Shown here: one piece after another, positions 23,893-36,174 of the stretch | Layout: each line of letters begins with the position of its first letter | How positions within the stretch are numbered: position 1 is the stretch's first letter | Assembly: GCA_047967505.1 (NCBI GenBank) | Contig: CM106538.1 | Strand: one strand, 5' to 3' | Length of the DNA: 64,000 nt | DNA from: Dipteris shenzhenensis | Lineage: Eukaryota | Program-made: the position numbers and the translations under genes | The notes under the pieces: model-generated | What the model was told of the DNA's origin: nothing | Database searches by the model: none | Seen by the model: only the letters and a program-made list of their open reading frames with translations

Positions 23893-26800
23893 TTGGTATC
23901 AGAGCCTACATATTTATTCATGGGGAGTAGGTGCAATGCTAGAAGCTTGGGTGGAAGATCTCGACGGTTTATTACACACAGTTAATCCGGAGGAAGGAAG
24001 TTTAAGGAACAGTCGTCGCGGTGAGTTATGGAGGCCAAAAATTCGAGATGGATAGTGGGACTATGAGAACTCTACCTTGCATGCTTTGCATAGTCCTGAC
24101 AACCTCCTTGAGTCCTCACATAGAGACAATAAATGGAATATAAATGCGCCATATGCTCAGGAGTCAATATGCTGCCTACGCGCAGTATCTATGCATGAAG
24201 GGCAACACGGTGTCAACATCTCCATAATGGGATAGTTGTTTAGACTTCTTCTTCTTCAGCATCGGCTGGCGTTCCATTATTCCATAGTGGCATAGAATTT
24301 CCTTCATTGGTGTTATCGAGGCAATAGAATCCAATTTGTGTTAATAGTTTCTAGCCGACCTACGCAGAGAAAACATTGAGTATGGAAAGGTGCAACCGTG
24401 CAACCTCATATAATGGTGTGGCTGAGGACAGTGAGGAGAAGTAGCTTGACGTGCGAATTCGAAGAGAAGAAAGAAGCCGCAGTCGTATCACAGAGTGACA
24501 AAGAAATTCATTCAGAGCCACATCATTCAAAGGTTTCCCAACCTTTGAAAAAAGCCACCTCACCTTTATTCTTTTTTACCCCTCTCGTCTCTAAGATTAC
24601 TTTTTCCACCACCAAGGACTAAAGAGCCATTTTATCTTTCCTAAAGGCCCCTAACTCTCCCAATCTCCTTAGCCTGGCCAAACTCAAAGAAGATTAAACT
24701 TTGAAGAACGGGTATCGAAGCAAAGAGTACAAAGGAGAGCAGGATCGGGAAGAGAGATCAAGAATTAAAAGTGTGAGACGACGCGTCGACTTCAAAGACA
24801 AATCCAACGCCTCGAACAAATATCAGGGAAGTGGGCATCACATTTTTCTCTCTAATATAAAGCTTTTTGCTTTATAATTTTTGGAAAGTACACATTTTTT
24901 CTTTAAAAATGACAACTCCAGAAAGAGATAATATGATTAGGGAGGCCGGGGAAAGGGCTAGAAAGGGAAAAGCAATAGTTGGAGAGGAAACACATGAGGA
25001 GGTACAAATTGAAAATCAAGAGGATAACATGGAAATGGAGGATAGAGACTAATTTAGTGTGCCTGAAGTACATGTGGTGCAAGTGTTGCAAAAATAGATG
25101 TGGCCCAAATAGACCTCCAAAAAAACAAATACATGTGGTGCAAGTGTTGCTGCTTAATGGTACTTAAAAGCACATTGAAGTAGAGGTATATCATGAGGAT
25201 AGAACCCACATGTGTTGTCTATCATCGGAAATTTGGTAGCCCACCTTTGGTCCTCATGATGAGGATGCATGGAAAAATGAAGGGGCAAAGAGTAAGAGTG
25301 ATGGTCGATGATAGTGCAACACATAATTTCTTGAAGTACTCATTAGTTAAGAAATTAAAATTGCTTAAGAGTCATAGTGCCCATAAATATGTGGTCTCTT
25401 TGGCAAAGGGCAGTGATTAAAAAGTTTGGGACACCATGATAGATGGTGTAGAGGTGGATATTCAAGGTTATTGGGATGCCTTGGATTTCCAAATCATGCA
25501 TCTCGACCAAACAGATCGTGCTTGGTTGAGAATGGCTATATAGTCTTGGGTATAGCTTACAATGGAGTTATCTTAATAACTCCATTATGTTTGAAAAAGA
25601 GTGTAGAGTCTTCCAGATTCAAGGAGAACATGATGTGCCTAACGCTCCTCTTAATTTGTTTGATGGAATTGGAACAACTACTACACCAAGAAGAATGCAA
25701 GGTATATCTTTATGAACTTACTTTTATTGGTGATTTTATGTCTTCTGGATCGGAAAGAAGTAATGTTGTTTTTTATAAATCTTCTTTCAATGATTTAATG
25801 TTTGAATTTAAAGATGTTTTTTCGTTTGATTTACCTGATGGTTTACCTCCTGAGAGAGAAGTAGATCATAAAATAGATTTAATTCCTAGATCTACCCCTG
25901 TTTGTAAACCCCCATATAGGCTTAGTCGAACAGAGGAACGTGAGGTCAAAAGACAATTAACGGAATATCTTAGAAAGGGCCAAATCAACCAAGTAGCTCA
26001 CCTTTGTCTGCCACCAGTTTTATTGGTAAAGAAAAAGGATGGTACTATGCGTTTATGCATAGATTATCGAGCACTAAATAAAATCACCATAAAAAATAAG
26101 TATCGCATGCCTTGCATTGATGAGCTCTTTGATCAATTGCAAGGGGGAAAATACTTTACTAATTTTGATTTAAGATCAGGATATTACCAAGTACGAATTA
26201 GGGAAGAGGATGTCCCTAAGACATCATTTCGTACTAGGTATGGGCATTATCAATTTAAAGTAATGCCATTTGGATTAACAAATGCCCCAGCAACTTTCAT
26301 GACACTTATGAACATTGTCTTAAGGCCATATCTAGGGAAATTTGCTGTAGTATTTTTAGATGATATCCTTATTTATAGTAAAACTAGGAAAAAGCATTTG
26401 GAACATTTGTGAAAAGTGTTCCACCTGCTTAAAGATAATTCACTCTTTGCTAAAGAATCCAAATGTGAATTCTTTGCAAAAGAAGTGAAATACTTGGGAC
26501 ATATAATCTCCCAAGAAGGGGTTCATATGGATCCTGACAAAGTAAGGGCCATATTGGAATGGCCACATCCTACAAATCTAGAAGAATGACATATATTCTT
26601 AGGTTTGTTAGGATTCTATAGGAGATTCATCTAGGATTAAGCTAGGATTGTTGTTCTGATGACGGAGTAGCTTAAGGGAAGGGAAGCACCTTCATATGGG
26701 ATGAACCTCAAAAGAGAATTGATGAAATCCAAAAGATAAGGGGTTTGGTGAGAGGTCTCAAAGACACTTATAAGGTTGAAGGTGAAAATAAATTCTCCTA

Positions 26801-29800
26801 AAACCTTTGAGGAAGCTGTTAAGTATGCCCAAATATATGATGATATGATGGGGAAATTCAAAATTGGAACTTCAGAACAAACAAGATTTGTTCCAAAGTT
26901 CAACAAATTTCCCAATTTGAAAAGGAAGGGGCACTTTAAGAAGGAGGTTCCTCAGGCACCACCTAAGAAACCTCAAACACAAAATGATCTTCTCTTGAAG
27001 AAAGAGGATTATGAAAGTGCCAGGCAAGAAAATCTTTGATTCAAATGTTTGGGTAAAGACCATGCTGCTTAGAACTGTCCTAAAAATAAACAAGCGAGAG
27101 CTAAAGCCCCAAATAGACCTCCAAAAAAACAAGTACATGTGGTGCAAGTGTTGCTGCTTAATGGTACTTAAAAGCACACTGAAGTAGAGGTATATCATGA
27201 GAATAGAACCCACATGTGTTGTCTATTATTGGAAATGTGGTAGCCCACCTTTGGTCCTCATGATGAGGATGCATGGAAAAATGAAGGGGCAAAGAGTAAG
27301 AGTGATGGTCGATGATAGTGTAGCACATAATTTCTTGAACTACTCATTAGTTAAGAAATTAAAATTGCTTAAGAGTCCTAGTGCCCATAAATATGTGTTC
27401 TCTTTGGCAAAGGGCATTGATTAAAAAGTTTGGGACACCATGATAGATGGTGTAGAGGTGGATATTCAAGGTTATTGGGATGCCTTGGATTTCCAAATCA
27501 TGCATCTCGACCAAACAAATGTAGTGCTTGGTCGAGAATGGCTATATAGTCTTGGGCATAGCTTACAATGGAGTTATCTTAATAACTCCATTATGTTTGA
27601 AAAAGAGTGTAGGGTCTTCCGGATTCAAGGAGAACATGATGTGCCTAACTCTCCTCTTATTTGTTCGATGGAATTGGAACAACTACTACACCAAGAAGAA
27701 TGCAAGGTATATCTTTATGAACTTACTTTTATTGGTGATTTTATGTCTTCTGGATCGGAAAGAAGTAATGTTGTTTTTATAAAATCTTCTTTCAATGGTT
27801 TAATGTTTGAATTTAAAGATGTTTTTTTGTTTGATTTACCTGATGGTTTACCTCCTGAGAGAGAAGTAGATCATAAAATAGATTTAATTCCTGGATCTAC
27901 CCCTGTTTGTAAACCCCCATATAGGCTTAGTCGAACAGAGGAACGTGAGGTCAAAAGACAATTAACGGAATATCTTAGAAAGGGCCAAATCAACCAAGTA
28001 GCTCACCTTTGTCTGCCACCAGTTTTATTGGTAAAGAAAAAGGATGGTACTATGCATTTATGCATAGATTATCGAGCACTAAATAAAGTCACCATAAAAA
28101 ATAAGTATCGCATGCCTTGCATTGATGAGCTCTTTGATCAATTGCAAGGGGGAAAATACTTTACTTATTTTGATTTAAGATCAAGATATTATCAAGTACA
28201 AATTAGGGAAGAGGATGTCCCTAAGACATCATTTCGTACTAGGTATGGGCATTATTAATTTAAAGTAATGCCATTTGGATTAACAAATGCCCTAGCAATT
28301 TTCATGACACTTATGAACAGTGTCTTAAGGCCATATCTAGGGAAATTTGCTGTAGTATTTTTAGATGATATCCTTATTTATAGTAAAACTAGGAAAAAGC
28401 ATTTGGAACATTTGTGAAAAGTGTTCCACCTGCTTAAAGATAATTCACTCTTTGCTAAAGAATCCAAATGTGAATTCTTTGCAAAAGAAGTGAAATACTT
28501 GGGACATATAATCTCCCAAGAAGGGGTTCATATGGATCTTGACAAAGTAAGGGCCATATTGGAATGGCCACATCCTACAAATCTAGAAGAATTACAAATA
28601 TTCTTAGGTTTGTTAGGATTCTATAGGAGATTCATCTAGGATTAAGCGAGGATTGTTGTTTTGATGACAGACTAGCTTAAGGGAAGGGAAGCACCTTCAT
28701 ATGTGATGAATCTCAAAAGAGAAGTTTTAAAAAATTAGAAGTAGCTATAGCAGCAGCTCCTGTCTTAAAAGTAGTGGATCCCAATGAACCATTCGTGGTT
28801 GGGACAGATGCCAGTGATTTTGCTGTTGGGGCGATACTTGTACAAAAAGGTCGACCAGTGGCTTTTGAAAGAAAAAAGTTAGATTGTGCCCAATGGAATT
28901 ACTCGGCATATGAGAAGGAACTATATGCTATATTCTATGCTTAAAAAAAGTGGAGGCACTACTTATATGGTGCAAAATTTGAGATCATCTTTGATCAGGA
29001 GAGCATTAAATTGATTTGTAATCAGCCAAATCTGAAAGGTAGAAAAGCTAGATGGGTTGAGTTAATGCAACAATTTGACATACAATTGGCATATAGAAAA
29101 GGGAAGTTCACTGTGGTAGCAGACTCTCTTAGCCAAATGCCAATTGTTAATGAATTGAGTTTTACTCAATTTCAACATGATTTCCTAGTGTCCTTAAAGG
29201 GGAAATGTGAGTTTGATCCTCACTTCTCTGAAATATGGAAAGCAATTAGAAATAATGATCCAACTAATGCAGAGGCTTTCATCACTGAGGAGTCGCATGG
29301 AAATGGCGACACACCACAAGTTGGTGATGAAGGACGCAAGTAGAAAAATTATACTATTGAAGATGGCTACCAGCTCTACAAGCGTAGAGTATGTGTCCCG
29401 GATAATAATGACATTAGGCACCAAATTCTTTTTGAATGTCATGATAGTTCGAGTGCTAGATACCTAGGAATTCAAAAGAGATGTGTGCCTTTGAAAAGAC
29501 AGTTCTTTTGGCCTAGAATAGGTAAGGACATCCAAGATTATGTATTGAAGTGCCAAAAATGCCAAGTCAATAACTTTGAATGCCTTAAGGTAGGAGGTCT
29601 CCTACACCCATTGGAGATTCTATCTGGCAAATGGGAAAGTATCTCCATGGATTTCATTGTGGGATTACCTAGGACACAGAGGGGGCACAACTCTGTGTGG
29701 GTAATTGTGGGTTGGTTGACCAAGATGGCTCATTTTATTCCTGTGAGTGAAGATGTTAAAACTCCAGAATTAGCTAGGCTATTTGTGGATCATATCTAAG

Positions 29801-30681
29801 GATTATATGGGCTACCAGCTGGTATTATTACTGACCAGGATAGCAAATTTAATAACCATTTTTGGTGGGCTGTGTTTAAGAGATTAGAAACTTCATTGAA
29901 TATGAGCACCGCGGATCATCCACAGAGTGATGGTCAAACTGAAAGGGTCAATCAGATCATTGAGGATATGCTTCGAGCATATGTGCCCATATTAGAAATT
30001 GTATATAACAGTGCCAAACATTCAGCTATAGGTTTTAGTCCATTCACAATGATGTATGGATTTCAACCAAGAGCCCCAATGACAGTGGGACTCAAAAAAG
30101 AGAAGGTTTAAGCGGCCAAAGACTTTCTTGAAGATATGAATCAAACGCTTAAGTTAGCTAAAGATAGTATAAGAAGAACTCAAGATAGCATGAAGTTATG
30201 CAAGCCCCCACCATAGAAAGTTAGCATTTGAAGTAAATGCAAAAGTCTACCTTAAGGTACCTAAATCTTCAGAATCTCTAAAGATAGGTAAATGTCCGAA
30301 GTTGTCTCCCAGGTATTGTGGACCATTCACAATATTTAAGAGGATTGGAGAACTTGCTTACAAATTAGCCTTACCTGAGGGATGTAGAGTACATCTAATT
30401 TTTCATGTCAGTAGGCTAAAAAATAAATTAGGAGATGATGATAATCTCATTGGAAATGAAGTCCTAGTTGCACTCATTGAACCTGCATCTTTACCACACG
30501 AACCAAAAAGAATTCTAGATAAACAAGAAAAAAGAACACGACATACAATATGGCAAGAATGTCTGGTTAAGTGGAAAGATAGATATGAAGAGAGTTCAAC
30601 ATGGAAGAGGGCAAGAAGTCTCTAGAGGAGGTTTCCCAATTTTGTCTTCGAGGATGTAAACCATTCTTATGGGGAAGGGAA

Positions 30682-30967
30682 TGTTACGTCAGCCATAATC
30701 CTGGAATTTCTAGTGTGGTTATAGTGAAGCAGGAAACCAGAGGGCTCGACAGTGCTTGCATCAATATGGAGTGCACAAACAAGTAAGACCTAAATGGGCA
30801 TAGAGGCTCTAAAGTCCAAATGGGCACATGGCACTCAAGAGAACACCATGTGGCAAGAATTGGGCTAGGAGGGAGGATTCCAAAAGGAACTTGAGAAAGT
30901 AGGGAACAAGGAATGGAATCTGTGGCAAGGTGGAAATGACGAAGTCAAGCCCTCTTTTGTGGTCCCG

Positions 30968-30970
<3 letters not shown>
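30682..30970 (+). repeat. 3' LTR of the gypsy element
   Basis: Starts TGTTACG after the PPT; ends ..cccgtat and runs directly into (GA)n. Confidence 0.92.
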
Positions 30971-31013
<43 letters not shown>

Positions 31014-32643
31014 GGGGTTACGGGGGGGGGGTATATGTAGAGTAATCAATAAACATGCATGCACATAAAGCCTCACATTATTCATTTTGTGATACCATTG
31101 TGCAATTATTGTTTCCTATTGTCACTATATTTACTTCTCTTTCTATTAATTACAAATAAGTGAAAATGTTTTTTGCCTTTTTCAATTTGCATGTATAGAG
31201 ATAAATGAAAATTTAAATGTGTTGTTTTCTAGAGATAAATGTTGCTTCACAATGATGTAGAAATAAAAAGAACCTATAGTGAACGCCCTACCTTGCAATG
31301 AAGTGAAATGGGTGCATTGCCTTGAACTGAGATGCTATCCCATCTAACCAAACCCTATTTCTTTTAAACTCCAGACCTTTAGAGAGTAACCGTTTGGTAG
31401 TGGAGCATAAAGCAATGTTGCATGAATATATGTCGTGCTATTTGTCATCTAAGTGTGAGAGATGGATTCCTTTTTTATTTGTCCCATGTTAGCTAATAAT
31501 AACCAATCTTAACCATGATGATACATTGGTCATTATGGTAATGCATGGAATGGATTTCATTTTGCAATTTAAAAATATAGTGCAAAATCCATGATTGACA
31601 CCACCACATCCTGTAGAAAATTTTTGATGCACTCTTTAAATTGAGAATGCTTCCAGTAACTACAAAAGTTATGGGTGATAAAAACCTCTAAGTGGTGCAA
31701 AATTCGTGGGGTGATCTAGTGAATTACAATCATGATTATTAATCAAGTTTTTCTAAACATTACTATTTCTTACTTAAATAATAGTAAATACCAGGTAATG
31801 GGAGTGGACATAGTGGAGGGAGTGTTTCAAATTTAACTAGACGTGATATAAGAAATACACTTTAACTATAGCTACTATCACTAGTATTAAATAACACTAA
31901 ATTAGTACTATCAGAACCACATGTGAACCGTAATCGCAGACTTTGATTTGATAGCTTGATGACTATTTTGAGGACAAATAGTTCATTAAGACTCTAGGCT
32001 TAGTGAAATATATGATTCTTAAATCTTTCAAGCACTTCACAAAACGAGAAGATCCCTATCTAATGCTTAAATATCCTAGCCACATGGACCCTACCAAGAG
32101 CCAACTTACACATCAAGCTACTCTATTTCTAGACCCTATTATGTAGAGCTGACCAAAAATAATAGAGGGGTCCCTTTCAATGGAACTAAACATGGCATTG
32201 GAGGATTTATTAGCCAAGAAGGTCCCGATGGAGAAACTGTAGGAAAGAAAGAAGTGAATGATGCATAAGCCACTCAAGTGCAGAACCCAAGTCATCTTGA
32301 CCTGAACAAAGTGCACAAACTAGTCCACTACAACTTCACACTACGAGCAAAGAATTTAGAAGAGTGCCGTTCCCTCGTACTCCACGTAAGTGTCACTATG
32401 AAGTGTATTAGTTGACAAAGATTTGCATAAACAGACCCTATATCATAAAATATTATAAGATAAAGTTAATTTTTAAACTATGTGGCAGTATACCTATAAA
32501 TTGAGATGGCCATTTGATGTAATATGAGGGAGATATAGTTAATTTAGTATCACAATATCAAGCAATTAAAATCTAAGACTAACCATGTATATTCAAATTA
32601 TACACATGGAAATGAGGCTTCAATCAAACAATACCCTTGTGTG

Positions 32644-33000
32644 CATGAGAATGAGTGTGATGTTTCATTAGAAGACGACAAAGTGATATTCACATGGAAC
32701 TAGGTGAGATCACCTATGTAGAGTGCAAAAATGGGCCTTTTGGCCCTTAAATAGCCTAGGGAGCACACCCTTAGCTTTTGTGTGTGTGTTGGGGGTGCGG
32801 GGGGGGGGGGGGGGGGAAGGGGAGAGAGAGAGAGAGAGAGAGGGGTGGGGAGTAAAGTAATCAATGATAATGCATGCATGTAAAAGCCTCACATTGTTCA
32901 TTTTATGACATCATTGTGCAACTATGAGTCAGCATACGCACTTCTCTTCCTTTAAAATACAAATAAGTGAAACTTTTTTCTCCCTTTTTAAATTTGCATT
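32644..33000 (+). repeat. uninterrupted copy of the microsatellite-containing dispersed repeat
   Basis: Left part matches 23388-23505. Right part (agtaatcaat..tgcatgca..aaagcctcacatt..tacaaataagtgaaa) matches 31041-31192. Confidence 0.85.
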
Positions 33001-33411
33001 TCATTGCAAATGCATGTGTTGCAAAGACATGACTCTGTTAATGTGATGCACTTTTAGTGTTGTCAGTGTTAGCTAGCACTTGAAAGTACTCTTGAGGGAA
33101 TTTCATAGGTGAAGAAAGCAATACGATTTCATTCGATTTAAGTAGTGATATAGTGCAAAAATACTTTATTGATTATTAATGGATGGACTTGGATCTGCTA
33201 AACTTTGGAACAAAGTATATACGTAGGCACCAAGTCATGCTTCTACCCAGTGACAAGATGAACCAAGAACAGTCCTCTAATCTCTTGAAAGCCCGAGCTG
33301 TTAACGGTTGTGGAAGAGGTTGCATTGTTGCTAGCTGTCACTGAGCAACACCAGAGGAGGACTCCGTTTGCCATGGCCATCGTTTCGGCATTTTGGTCAC
33401 CGCAAATTTCG

Positions 33412-34262
33412 TCAATACTGTGCGAGGCCGCTGGGAGCTTTCTGGATTCCATAAAGCTCCTTACAGCTAGTGAAATAGTTGCAAAATTGCGCCTCGCAAC
33501 TGCAGTTCAACGATGAACGTTGCTCAGCGACTTGGTGTGCCGGAAAAGCTGACTTCCGACAAACAGGATTCGCATAAAGCTAACTGTATAGCGCCAACAT
33601 ATGTCTTCTTGTATATACAAATACGGATCACATGCTTTTAGGGGCTTTAGGTGAAGGACTGTTGCAAAGAACAAGTTCGCACTGCGCGTTTCAAACGTGC
33701 AGAGTTGCTTGGCAGAAATAGAAAGCACGCCTTTCGGGGGGGGGGTCTAGTAAAACGTCTAAGAGCGCGTTTGCATTTCCGTGTTTCCACATGTGTATGC
33801 TTCTACAGATGTAACTAGCCGGTCGGCAGCAGTACGTAATTTGGACAAGGGGGGGGTAATAACTTACTCGATCTTCTTCAGATGGAACACATTCCTGCCT
33901 GTGTAGAATTTGACGGCCTCCACGAAGGGGCGGAAGTGGCGCTCGCCTTGGGGGAGGACGTGCAAGTGGATGGGAAGTTTGAGGTCGTAAGCGTATTCGT
34001 GAGAGGGTTTGGAGGGGGAGAAGGGGGAAGGGAGGGGGAGACCAAGGGGGGGGGGGGGGGAGAGATGGGAGGGGAGGAAGCGTTTCCAAGAGCCGTCGGA
34101 GGTGTGGAAGGTGAGGGAGGTGAGGAATCCCAAGGCATGCATGAGGGAGTCGACGTCGGAGAGGGAGGAGATGGTGAAGCGAGGATCGGAAGAGCAGATG
34201 TGGTGAGCCACAACGTCGCGCATCGCCGTCTCTTTATTATTAATCATGTTGCCACCCTGCAT
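33412..34262 (-). CDS. probable two-exon host gene, 160-aa uncharacterised protein (exons 34262-33868 and 33499-33412)
   Basis: GC- and CpG-rich open frame ending at a canonical donor GA|GTAAGT (33868/33867). An acceptor TGCAG (33500) continues in frame as ..LKKIDCEAQFCNYFTSCKELYGIQKAPSGLAQY*. (GA)n leader and TATA box upstream. The choice of exon 2 is less certain than exon 1. Confidence 0.68.
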
Positions 34263-34385
34263 AGTCTCTCTCTCTCTCTCTCTCTCATCTCGGCTCCCTT
34301 GTTTTCTTTCTCTTCCATCAATCGTTGCGTCCCTTCCCTATCACCCTTTTCCTTATCACCCTTCTTCACTCTCTTCATTCACTCC

Positions 34386-34393
34386 TTTATATA
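34386..34393 (-). promoter_or_regulatory. putative TATA box (TATATAAA)
   Basis: About 125 bp upstream of the ATG at 34262, on the same strand. Confidence 0.55.
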
Positions 34394-35235
34394 CCTTCCA
34401 TCTTGCCACCCTACCTTTCCTCCTCGACCATCCACCACATCTCACTTCATAGCCCTCCCCTCCTCTCAAGCCCCGCTTTTTCAACCATCATGCTACTTAC
34501 TACATAGCTCTTGCTCCCGTATCGTACTTGGTTCTCTCCTATTCATGTAGTGTACACGAACAATTATTTCGAGAATTTCGGAACATCATTCAACCTTCAT
34601 TTGCGATTCGTATGACTTTTCATGGATTGTTGCATGTGCATGGCAACCGACCATGTTTTGGCATGCAGTCGACTCGTCATGACAATTGTCATCAAGGATA
34701 CTAACAAGTCGATTGTAATGCAGTGCTTCGCTAGAAATCTAGACTCCAGGAGCTCCCCTTGATTGTAAAGCATGTTGATGGAGTGGATTAAAGCTCCAAA
34801 TGCCTAGAATCGCAGTCTACACAATCCTTTAGCAAAAGATGGAATTTTTAGTATGGTTCGATTTCTACTAGTTGTTAGTACACCGATATCGAATAAATTA
34901 TTTTTGTTCGTTAGCAAAGTGAAGATCAGTGTGCTAAAATCAAATTCAGTGAAAGTTTTGCTTTGTTAGTAGAGGCGGTGCTGGTCATTGAATATTATGG
35001 TGATTGTGGTGTCAAGTTGCACATGCGTGATTAATGGCTTCACTTTAAAGATTGAGAGGTTTTCGTGGCTGATTGTCCAAGTAGTCTATATAAGAAAGCA
35101 TGATAGAAGGCATGGGGCATCGAATGTTTTTGGCATGCCTTGTTAGTTTTTCTTGTCACCTTGCTAGCAAAATGGCAATAGTTTAACTTTCTGGTTATTC
35201 GATAGAGACTTGAAGTAGTGAATACAACAAAGGTT

Positions 35236-36174
35236 CATTACGAGAGAAATGGGGTCTCAAAAGGGCCTCATACGGAAAGGATTAAGAAATGGATTACGTT
35301 AACTTGAAGTGAACACACTATGGTAACCCATTGGCTAAGGGCCCCCTATCATTGGCTCAACTAGCATGGGTACCTTTGTTTTGAAATTGGGAAACCTTGG
35401 CCTTTGGATGGAGGTGGATGGTGGATGGATCAAGGCCTAGGATGCTCAAAATGGTGGGTGACTAAACTAAGGTACCTTTGGTGGGATCCAAACTAGCAAA
35501 CTTTAACAAATAGGAGAAGGCACCTTTAGCTGTGGACCATTGGATCTTGGCTAGATCTATGGTGGAGATAGACTATACAATTGAAGGGTGGAGATGCATG
35601 CACATGATTGGATGGCTAGGATTGCAGCGTATGTAATCAACATCATGGATTGAAGTGCCTTTTTGGTGCATCTCTCCCCTTGGATCTACTTCAAATGAAA
35701 TGGATGGCCTGAATTGAAGAGCCTTTTTGGTGCACCTCCTCCCTTGGATCTCTTTCAAATCAATGGTTACAATTTAGGTGCCTTTTGCTTTCATGTCCTC
35801 CCTTACATCTCCTACAAAGATTGTGGCATTTCCTCCTCTAATCTCCTCCCTTGGATCTATTGCTTGATCAAGGGTTTATGTTTGGTCCCTGTAATCCTTT
35901 GAAGGTATCCCTTAGATCTACTGATCTAATGGCTTGGAGTGCTCTACCTCAAATTTGAATGTATCCCTCGGTTTGGAGATTAGATCAAGGGATAGGGGTG
36001 AATACCGTGGGTCTAAACTATGGGTTAGAGGTCTTCCCACCCATAAATGCCTTTGGCACTTCAACATACCATTGCCCCATGCCTCATAGCACTCTCATTG
36101 GTACACCTCAAATCACTCTCTAATTAGGAAACACTAATTCGAGGCCCCTTTGATACCCCATTTTGCTCCTAATG
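35236..36174. mobile_element. non-autonomous TIR element (939 bp) with CATTA...TAATG termini
   Basis: Left end CATTACGAGAGAAATGGGGTCTCAAAAGGGCCTC versus reverse complement of the right end CATTAGGAGCAAAATGGGGTATCAAAGGGGCCTC. Internal direct repeats of ggtgca..cccttggatct. Confidence 0.78.

Larger units (their letters stand above)
23651..30970 (+). mobile_element. Ty3/gypsy chromovirus-type LTR retrotransposon, near full length, pseudogenised, internally duplicated
   Basis: Two homologous LTRs, PBS TGGTATCAGAGC (23894-23905), protease (VMVDDSATHNF), RT ([30 protein letters not shown]), RNase H, integrase (WESISMDFIVGLP, HPQSDGQTERVNQ), chromodomain (RILD..ECLVKWKD..ESSTW, ~30500-30625) and PPT ggggaagggaa (30671-30681). 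Confidence 0.96.

Noticed and set aside
33882-34550. 222-aa plus-strand ORF
   Set aside because: It is the antisense shadow of the GC-rich minus-strand exon; the splice and TATA signals are on the minus strand.
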